NCBI RefSeq assembly: GCF_018350175.1
Contig: NC_058369.1
Coordinates: 22,136,001 to 22,200,000, forward strand
Source: Felis catus
Taxonomy: Eukaryota
DNA: 64,000 nucleotides
Direction: 5' to 3'
Part shown: piece after piece, positions 55,163 through 64,000 of the stretch
Position numbering within the stretch: the first letter of the stretch is position 1
Layout of the letters: every line of letters starts with the position of its first letter
The notes under the pieces: model-generated
Databases searched by the model: none
Told to the model about the DNA's origin: nothing
Seen by the model: only the letters and a program-made list of their open reading frames with translations
Made by a program: the position numbers and the translations under genes

Positions 55163-55346
55163 GGGGCGCCTGGGTGGTGCTCGACTCTTGGTTTTGGCTC
55201 AGGTCATGATCTCGTGGTTTGTGGGTTCAAGCCCCACATCGGGCTCTGTGCTGATGGTGCAGAGCCTGCCTGGGATTCTCTCTCTCTCTCTGCCCCTCCC
55301 CTGCTCGTGCTGTCTTTCTCTCTCAAAAATAAATTAATTAATTTTT
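55163..55346 (+). mobile_element. CAN-SINE with an internal deletion in the head
   Basis: ggggcgcctgggtgg...ggctcaggtcatgatctc...gggttcaagcccc...tctcaaaaataaa; flanked by aaaaaagaatgcta. Confidence 0.92.
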
Positions 55347-57364
55347 AAAAAAGAATGCTAAACATAGACCCTTATCAGAAACCCTGGGGTCAGAGGCAGG
55401 GCCGTCCGCATGTAGGGCAGTTAGGCAGACAACTCATGTCGTGTCCTGCCTGCCAGGTCACCACTATAGTCTTAAAGTGTCGTGAAGCTTTGCCTGTGCA
55501 TATCACACAGTCCAGCTAGTTACTGCCACTGAGATGGGCCTTGGTCAGACTCTGGAGGAAGAGTCTATTTGACTGTAAATAGGGACACAAAGCCAACTGC
55601 CAAGGCAGCAGAGGGGACACATTACATTGTATGTTTGGCTGTAGCCTCTCCCATCATGGGAATGCTGAGCTTGTAGATTGTAGGACCCAGACTTGAACAA
55701 GACACGGGCAGACTGACTAAAGGCTTTTAGCATCTACGGTCATCAGAAGACTTGAAAGTGGACAGGAGTGGAGAGTGTCAGACATAAGGTCCTTGCGCTC
55801 CGGAGAGCACACTGTGGCCCCGAGAGGAGAAAGAGCCTTGTGTGGGGGTAGGCCAGTTAGGGACAGAGCTGGGGCTGGCTCACATTCGGTTAGTGTTTGC
55901 AGAGGTTTGCAAAGAAGACCCGGCCTTGATGCAGCTCCTGGAGGCCTCTGCAGAAGAGTGGGCTTCAATTAAGTGGGAAATATTGTCACTGACATAAGAA
56001 AACTGAGGACCACAGCCCTGGGCACATCACCATGAGAAGATAAGTGTTCTGTCCCCAGAAGAGAAGAGACCTCTCGTGGGGTATGCAGGTACCCAGCCTC
56101 CTGACCGGGGCTCAGGTCTTGGGATTTTTCCAGGATGTTTTGTTAGCTTTCTAAGGTATACAGGGAGAGGAAGAAGCCTCGTATTTTTAGGAAACGTTGT
56201 ATTTTGAGTGGGGGAGGTCTTTTATTGACCAAAACACCCCACAATCCTAAAAAAGACCCCTGATGATGCTGTTGGGGTGAGGGCCCTTGTGTGGATGCCG
56301 TGCTCCCCCTGTCATCAGTCATACAGAAATAATTATTGTCAGGGCATCGTTCCTGCTTTAGACACAGAAACCTTGGTCTGGCCTTGACCCACATTCCCCA
56401 AGAAGAGTCTGGCTTCTTTACAGCAATCAGAGTCTGTTACCCTGTGACAGCTAAGCGTGTCCCTACGAGCAAGCACAGGCAAATTCCTTCAGGGGATGTC
56501 ATGGCATTGCTTGTGCTTGTCATGAAAATAAGATAAAAAAAAACCACAAGATCTTGACTTTGGATCCCCTATCCCTGAAGAAGGCAGCCATGACTGCCAC
56601 CACTCCGTTGTCCAACCTCATGCTTCCACCCTTTGAAAGGAAAGAGTGAGAAGTTTTAGGTTGCTTAGGCTTGGAGGCCAATGCTGAAAGGCATCCGTGA
56701 GTGTACAAGAGAGCCTGTCCTGTGGAGAACAGAGGACCATGGCTCCAAGAAGCCCAGGACATCTGTGAAGGACACGTGGTGTGCCAGGCTTGTGGAGAAG
56801 GCTGGGGAGCTCTGGGCTCAGCTGGCATGGGTCCTGGGTCTCCTGTGGCTGGCTGAGGCCTCTCGGGGTCTGCTCCCTGCCCCAGGGCTCTGCCTGGAGG
56901 TGGCTTGCCATCACTTCTCCCGGGCAGGCTGCCGGACTCCTGGTGGCCCTTCTGAGAAGTGGTGGGCAGGTGCTTCACAATACTGCTCACTCCCTGCTGT
57001 CCTCACCAAGCTGGGGGAGTGCAAAGGAAACTCCCTCAGGGCTGGCGGTAAAACCAGACAGCCTGTGGGTGTTTCGTCTCTTCAGCAGTTCAAGCAGGTC
57101 AGAGGTAAATGGGTCTTAGAGATGATATCACTCAACAACTCATTTTATAGATTAGCTGACTAAGCCCAGGGAGGAAAAGGGAAGGGAACTTGTCCCCACT
57201 TTACCAGTGACAAAGACCCAGCTTCTCTGACATTTTTATGTGTGCATCTTTTGACCTAAGTAGGCTCCATCACTGAAGGAAGTATGTTGGAGATTTTGCT
57301 ATACCTGCTAATGGGGAACATAGCTGTGGGGCTGCCTGCTTGAACCCACACACAGCCTCATTCA

Positions 57365-57366
<2 letters not shown>

Positions 57367-57407
<41 letters not shown>

Positions 57408-57418
57408 CGCGTGTGTGT
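57367..57418. repeat. (GT)19 microsatellite continuing as acgcgc(gt)4
   Basis: Read directly from the sequence. Confidence 0.97.
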
Positions 57419-57936
57419 TAGATTCTCTCTGAATTCACAAGTCAGGCAGATTTGGTTGAGAACTATGTTCTTGGCAGTGAGTGTAAACAGAGGAGTGTTT
57501 ACATGTTGGTGGAAATGCTAGTTAGTTGTGCTGGGCTGAACAGCGGTGTACTTCCCTGGCTTATTTTGTGCGGCATTGCCCATAGTGGCATCTAGATCTT
57601 AGAAGCAGGGCGGGTTCACAGAGAGTACTCCTAGCAGGGCCCCACCTGGGAAAGTCAGGCTGGCTTTCGTCCGCAGAGCCGGGCCCACTGGGCTGCTGTC
57701 TGGAGTCACCTCCTCACCAGCAGCCGTCCTCAGGGCCTTTTCTCAGTCCACCCACGTGTAAGCCTCAGCACCTGCCCTGGAGGTCTCCTCCTGATCCTGC
57801 AGCCCGGAATAGCTTACGGAGCATTGGCCCTGAGCTCCCCTAGATCTCCAGCGGGCAGACTGCAGTGCAAGTCAGCATCCTGTTCTAGACGGGCTCACCC
57901 GGATGCCTGGTTTCACCCGGATTCTGGAAATAGCTT

Positions 57937-58133
57937 AAAAAAAATTTTTTTAATGTTTGTTTATTTTTGGGAGTGGTGGAGGGGCAGAGAGAGAGGGAGA
58001 CACAGAATCTGAAGCAGGCTCCAGGCTCCGAGCTGTCAGCACGGAGCCCGACACAGGGCCCGAACTCACGAACCGCGAGATCATGACCTGAGCCGAAGTC
58101 GGACGCTTAATCGACGGAACCACCCAGGCGCTC
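57937..58133 (-). mobile_element. Felid CAN-SINE
   Basis: TSD ctggaaatag[c/t]tt at 57924-57936 and 58134-58146; CpG-rich body. Confidence 0.93.
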
Positions 58134-61100
58134 CTGGAAATAGTTTTAAAACTTATATTTAAAAAAGTGAAAACTTGCTCAGCAGAGCTCTCAAATTCCC
58201 TGGAATGTGTGAGGGGAAAGGATTTACAGCTTCTCTGCGTGCAGATGGCCCCCTTGGCCTACTTCTTCCGGCAGATCACATGGTGGGATCTGAGGGGTGT
58301 CTCCGCCTGCATCCCTAACGAGGCCGAGCCACTTGTCAGCAATGACTGTTAAATCTGTACTGAAGGGGACAGCGTGGTCACCCTGAACGGGGCAGCCATT
58401 TAGGGTAAAGGCATGTCTTCCAGCGGTTTTCCCATGGATTTGCTTACGTGGATTTTCGTTAAGTCCCAGTAGTCACCATAGCCGCTTGATCCTTGTTCTC
58501 TCTCTCCTTGCTGGGGTGGTCTCCTGGAGGTGGCCTGGCTGTAGGCCAGGTTTCTAGGGGTTAACTGAGGTCATCGGGAAAACAAACCAAGGCTGCTGGA
58601 TCATAGGCTTACTTGGCTTTTGGAACTTTTAGTGTGTGGCATTTTAAGGATAAACCAACATATACCAACATATACCAATATGTTTAAGTATATGAAGTGT
58701 AATTTTAAGGATATACCAGCATACATATCAACATACATCAATAACGCACACGTGTCCCGGCATATTGAAGCCCATACTGTAAGCACAGGGGGTGTGGCCG
58801 GGTGGGAGGCAGGAGGGCTTTCTCACGCAGGCCTGTGTGTCCCAAGGCAGATTGGTCAGGTCTCTTATCTGTGAAACTACAGAGCTGCTTCATGTAATCT
58901 CTGAGGCCCCTTCCAGTTCTAACAGCCTGTGATCCTCCTGTCTTGATTTTAAAAACATAGATAAAGTCCCACTGGGGCTGAGTGAAGTAAAACTCGGACC
59001 AATTTTTTAACATGAAAAACAATGAGTGCCTCGTACGATTGGAGGGTGAAATGCTTTTGCCCACTGGGCCTGCGGTCTCTGTACTTTGGGGAAAGGAAAT
59101 GCTACCCTGTGATAGGGAGGGAGGGGCTGGGGCACGTAGAAAGGCTGCCGGGCCCCATCAGAGCCTGGTTCCTCTGCTCAGATGCAGGGACTGGATCACA
59201 GTCCATTTCTGGGGTCAAACGAATCACTGATTATAGCATAGTCACCGTCCTCTTCCTTTGCCTCCCCTTTGCCGCCTCCTCAGCCCTGGTTGATGTCATT
59301 CTGGCTTAAGTTATTTATTATGGGTCTGTGGCTCTCTAGATGTCAAACAATAATGATAGAAAAGTTGCTATGTCTACATCAGGCTAAGCTAGGCAGAAAA
59401 GCTGCAAACCAAGAGTGATAGCCAAAACTGACTGAGGAGCCTGGAAGATTGTTCAGACTGGATGTCTCTGTGCCATACTGGAAGTGGTCAGGGCAAAGGG
59501 ACCCTGGATTCGGGCCATGAGGGGAGTGTCGCTTTGCTTCCAGGGGACTCCGGGAGAGCCTTCTTGAGATGATAGTTACCATGTGTGAGCCTCACCGATT
59601 GCCCAACACTCTGGACCCACATAGGATGACCCAGGACTGTGAGAAAAACACACAGTGTGTTTTATCTCACTTAATTCTGCCAACAGCCTTGTGAGGTGGG
59701 TACTTTCCATTTCACAGATGGGAACATAGAGCCTTGGAGACTTCGACCACATTGGTGCGGTTAAATTTAGATCTGGTTGACCGGAGAGCCTGCTCTTAGC
59801 CACCATCCCACCCCCCCTGAAGGATAGAGTCTGCCTGGAGGGCAGGGAAACTTCTCTCCATCTGTGCAGCCAGCCCTGACACTGTGCCACATAATTAACC
59901 TCTCTTCGTTTCTGTCTAGGGAGTTTGCCTGTATTTCTTATCTTTCTCCCCACTTGGTTCCCACATCCAGAGAGTAACTAGTATATTTAATTCACTGGTA
60001 ACTGGCACAGAGTCAGAAATGCAAAATGCCCCCCTGCATTTACCAAAGCCAATACGTAATTTATCTGTTTCCATCAGAGTGTTTAAAAAACGGAGCTCCG
60101 GGAATGCAACGCAGCAACTGTATTGACAGCATCATGGGACGTGGCCCTAGAAGAGTGAGAAGCCACAAAGATTTAGCCTGTTCAGAAGTTTGCTCTTTTG
60201 GAAATAGTAATAACAGTTACAGTATGATTAATAGTAGAACCGTGAAGTATTAACCTGTTAGAGATGGAAGTCACCCTCAAGAGTGTGGAGAGTTAGTAAC
60301 ACCACTTCCCAGATGGGACATTAAAGCCTGCAGAGAGGTGGGACTCTGTCCAGCTAACTGGGGCCTGTGGACGACGCCCCGCCCCATGCCCCGTGTCATC
60401 CTGCTCTCAACTTCTGTCCCCTTAGTTAGTAGTGACAGTAACTACCAAGAAAAAGCATTGCACAGAGACGACTCACGGTCACGTTTGTAGGAGTCTCCCA
60501 CTGTGATGTTCTTTGTCACTGAAGACAAGGGTGACCTATGGGAGGAACACATTAACAATGAACTTCATTGCACTTTACAGTGTTTTCATCTTTATCCTCA
60601 AGTCAGAGCACAGATCAGTCATGGAGAAGAAAATTGCAGGAACAGCTCGTGTGTGTGTGTTTATGGAGCTTTTGTTAAAGGCTTATCTGCGGTTGGATTA
60701 TGTGGGGTTTTTTATTTTTGTCTTTTTTTTTTTTTGAGTGGAGTAGTAAAAAAGTGAATGAAAGCTTGTAGTTGGTTTCTTTTGACTTAATTGAGGAAGA
60801 AAAAAGGTTTATTCTGAGAGAATATCTGTAGTGCGATGTCGGTCTGTAATTTTTGCTCATTTTGCTTTCGATACTTTTGCCTAAATGCTCCTGGACACGG
60901 CTATGGGACTTAGGTGCCCACAGAGGGAAAAGGATTCCCTTCGGCAGGAAAGATGTGTCTCGGCTCTCTGGGAGCCCAGCCCTTGTCCGAGCAGGGCCCA
61001 CAGACACACGGCCACACCATGGCACTTGCTGACCCGGCTCCTTTGCCCTCTGCGCCTGGGCCGGCCTAAGAGCCTCCGCCAGGGCCCTGCAGCACCACTG

Positions 61101-62307
61101 CCCGTTTTTGCAGATCAAACCGGAGGCATCCTTGCTAAGAAAAGCCATGTCAGCAGAGCCCACAGGGGGAAGGCCTTCCCGTTGCTACCATCAGGTCTAT
61201 AAAAGACGGTCACTACAGTTCAAAATTAGGCATCAGGGTAAAGAAGCGCACGTGGTTGGGCGGTTCTCCCACATTTCCATCTTCAGTGAACCCCTCTCCT
61301 AACCCAGGGCAGAATTCATCATTCCTTCCTGTGTGTTTCCAGGACTCCTTGCACGGAACCCTGAGGCGGCTCTCTTCTGAGTTAATTGGCATCCATTGGT
61401 TTTCCAAGGCAGGTGCAGCGCTGTGTCCCTCTTTATGCCCTGCATCTCCTTCCTGGCCCGGCTCCAACACATGCCTGTGATGCTATAGGGTTGAGTCAGG
61501 TGGATGAGAAATAATGCCCGTGTGCCAGATGGTGGGTCCCGGGACCTCCTAGCATCCCTCGGTGCCTTTCTACCTTCCCTCTACTTCCTCTGCTCAGGAT
61601 CCAGCTGTAGAGGAGTGACACGTGTCCAGAGACCCCGGTGACCCTGAGACCACGGTCAGCTTTGCCCTCTGGTCACTGGTTGGGAGCAAACCTTCTACCT
61701 GTCAGACTATATGCTTTCTGTGTGCTCTGGTTCTGGCCACTTTGGTGAGAGCCTTCTGCGTATTGGCCGCACTGGTTTGGTGGAATGTAGACATCAGACA
61801 AATTAGTCAATAATGAGTAGCGTTCTGAAATTTTTAAAAAGATTTTGTGCTTGGTACCTTCATGTACTCCTGCATCCGATACGTCTGCTCCTTCAGTATA
61901 TTTAAAATAAGAATTCACGTATGAAGTGTTGGTCTAGATTTTCTAGAGAGCGGCAGTTGAGGCAAACAGAGATGTCACTGTAACTGAGTTGTTTTGGTGG
62001 CCTCACGCAGTGCATTCCTGGAAGTCAAGAGAATACGCTGGTGTGAGGCCCAGAGTTCCTCCCCTAGGCTGAATTTCCTCCCGATGGGGAGGAGGGGTGC
62101 CCTACGGGCTTTCTTTGCAGAACGGCAGATCAGGTCCTGGGAGCAAAGGGTCCCTGCCTTGGAGGTGCCTGACCTCTCACCCTCTCCCACCCTCCTCCCA
62201 GGCTCCCAGAGGGCCTGCCTGGTGGTGGCGGCGATCTGCATCCAGCCAACTCCGGGGCACGTAGAGCCACCAACGTGCCCGTCTAAAGTGTTGTCTTCTC
62301 CCCGCAG

Positions 62308-62395
62308 CCAGCATGCCGACCAGCGAGACGGAGTCTGTGAACACGGAGAACGTAAGTGGTGGAGGCGAGAACCAAGGCGGCTGTGGGAGTCTCTG
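62308..62395 (+). CDS. CACNA1D: CACNA1D exon 10 (88 nt): I-II loop
   Basis: Acceptor gtcttctccccgcag and donor gtgagt. Translates (T)[28 protein letters not shown], containing the Cav1 family motif [12 protein letters not shown]. Confidence 0.97.
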
Positions 62396-62674
62396 GTGAG
62401 TGTGGAGGCCGCTGGCCCTCCTGCCCCCTCCTGTCTTCTTGGAGGGACACGTGTGGGGGAAGGCACCCCAGATTTCAGTGGAGCCCCGGGGCCATAGCCT
62501 CAGGTGCACGAGGGGTGGGCGGGCTCACCCTGGACCCCTTGGTCTCCCCTCCCATCCCAGGCCCCCAGGCCCCCGGCGTTTCACATGCCTCTTCCCCCAG
62601 AGCAGCCCGTCCTGCTGAGGCAGAGCCTGCTGCGGGGCGTGCCAGGTAACCCGGCAATTCCACTGTTCCACTAG

Positions 62675-62734
62675 GTGCTGGTGGAAGCGAAGAGGCACGG
62701 CCAAGGCTGGGCCCTCTGGGTGTCGGCGGTGGGG
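62675..62734 (+). CDS. CACNA1D: CACNA1D alternative cassette exon 11 (60 nt, 20 codons)
   Basis: Acceptor cactgttccactag and donor gtaaca; symmetric phase 2-2. Translates (W)[19 protein letters not shown](G), matching the recalled Cav1.3 optional insert [21 protein letters not shown]. Confidence 0.93.
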
Positions 62735-63274
62735 GTAACAGGCCTGATTCTCCTCCCTGTCTGCTGTTGGCATCCGTGCCTTGACGAAGCGCTTGTATGG
62801 CAGAGCGGCTGACAGAATGCGCTGCATATTTAAGTTTTCCTTCACTGGCGGGTTCTCTGCGGCCTCGTACACGGGGCTGGACACTGAGAGCCCACTATCC
62901 TTTGCTCACGGCACCTGTTTTTGGAGCCCTGCACCACCCTCTCCTAATAGTGGAGGGCGCCACCACATTCACCCCTGTTGGCTTCTGTCTAGATAACCTG
63001 ATCCCTGGTGGGGACCAGCAGTGTGCAATGTGCAGAGTTCTGCCTACTCTGGGGAGCCCATGCGATTTTATTTCATTTGCTTTCTGCTGGTACCCTTTAG
63101 GTCTTATCTCTGTAAAGTAGAGGCGGTGTTTTTAAGAAAATTTGATCTTCTTGCAGAGATTCGTAAAAATAATGTGTTTTGGGCAGAATGCTCAGCAATT
63201 TAAGAAGTGCGTTTGCTTCCGTTGTCTTGCTCCACCCTCTCTACAACATTGTAAAGTAGGCGGGGGGATGGGTT

Positions 63275-63385
63275 CGTTATCCTCATTTTACAGATGAGAA
63301 CACTGAGGCTCAAAAAGTTGTGCTGCTTGCCCGAGCCCATGCAGTTAGTGGATAGCAGAGCCAGGACTCCTCATCCAGTGCTTCT
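63275..63385 (-). mobile_element. MIR fragment
   Basis: ttatcctcattttacagatgagaacactgaggctca...cttgcccgag...gcagttagtgg...agcagagccagga. Similar MIR pieces lie near 1020, 43740, 53200 and 59680. Confidence 0.75.
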
Positions 63386-63746
63386 CTGGCTGTAGTAGCA
63401 GCACAGTGTGGCTGAGTTGCAAGCAGGGGAGTGGGTGGGCTGACTTCAGTCTGGGGAAGTGGGGTCAGGGGAGAAGGACCTCCACTGGCATCAATGGCCT
63501 GTGACAGGGCTGCACAGGGCAGCCGGCTAAGAGTCTTCTGCCTGGGCCCCGGTGGGTGTCAGCCTGGCCTGCATGGCCCCGGCAGACCTCGCCTCCTGCT
63601 CTGCTCTCACCCCTGCTGGCTCACTGGGGAAGCTGGGGATGCTGAGCCCAGGCTTCTGTGCATGGCTTTTCCATCTCTTAGCTGAAGTGATGGGGAGAAA
63701 ATGCTCAAACCTTCCTAATCGAAATCGTATTCTTTCTTTCTTTCAG

Positions 63747-63773
63747 CCAAGCCATCTCAAAATCCAAGCTCAG
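63747..63773 (+). CDS. CACNA1D: CACNA1D exon 12 micro-exon (27 nt)
   Basis: Branch-like cctaat at 63714-63719, polypyrimidine tract tctttctttctttcag, donor CAG|gtcagt. Translates (C/G)QAISKSKL(S), the expected continuation. Confidence 0.95.
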
Positions 63774-64000
63774 GTCAGTCTCTTCTGTTTTTTTCTTAAG
63801 CCTGTGTGCTGGTGTTTTACTTTCTAACTTCTCAACTATACATGGAGTTGCTCTAGACTTGGTTTTTACTCTGTGGGCTAGAACGTTCATATTGAAGATC
63901 GGTCTGTCCAGTAAGTATCAAACACCTGCCCTGGAGAGCAGCAGAGTAGGTGCTGAAGATCTTGCCCCAAGACAAACTGACAGGACGTAACAACAAACAA

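Noticed and set aside
62308..62311. Tandem acceptor cag|ccag at exon 10
   Set aside because: A 4-nt shift would break the frame, and the upstream AG gives the expected TSMPTSE reading; no evidence of regulated use.
61994..62497. 167-aa ORF overlapping exon 10
   Set aside because: Different frame from the Cav1.3 reading and no recognisable protein features.
62200..62900. CpG-richer zone as a possible internal promoter
   Set aside because: Explained by two exons and the general rise in GC toward this end of the window; no clear CpG island or core promoter could be supported by eye.

Overview
Mammalian genomic DNA, almost certainly from a cat or other felid (felid-type tRNA-derived CAN-SINEs and carnivore L1 3' ends). 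The window is an internal part of the L-type calcium channel gene CACNA1D (Cav1.3, alpha-1D) on the + strand. Ten coding exons can be read with canonical AG/GT boundaries and consistent phases. They are exons 5, 6 and 7 (domain I S3-S5 and the pore loop with the TMEGW selectivity glutamate), the mutually exclusive 104-nt exons 8A and 8B (IS6), exon 9 (beta-subunit AID helix), an 84-nt cassette exon matching 9*/9a, exon 10, the 60-nt cassette exon 11 and a 27-nt micro-exon 12. Exon numbering is from recalled human nomenclature. The rest is intron, rich in SINEs, L1, L2, MIR and hAT-Charlie fossils, with several nested insertions whose target-site duplications are readable. I see no prokaryote-type system, CRISPR array or new protein-coding gene. 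The best leads concern splicing and regulation: a possible re-splicing proofreading route at 8A/8B, a candidate poison exon overlapping an RFX X-box cluster in intron 8, strong competing cryptic donors at exons 5 and 10, and inverted SINE pairs around exons 9 and 9*. All of these are hypotheses from motif reading only.
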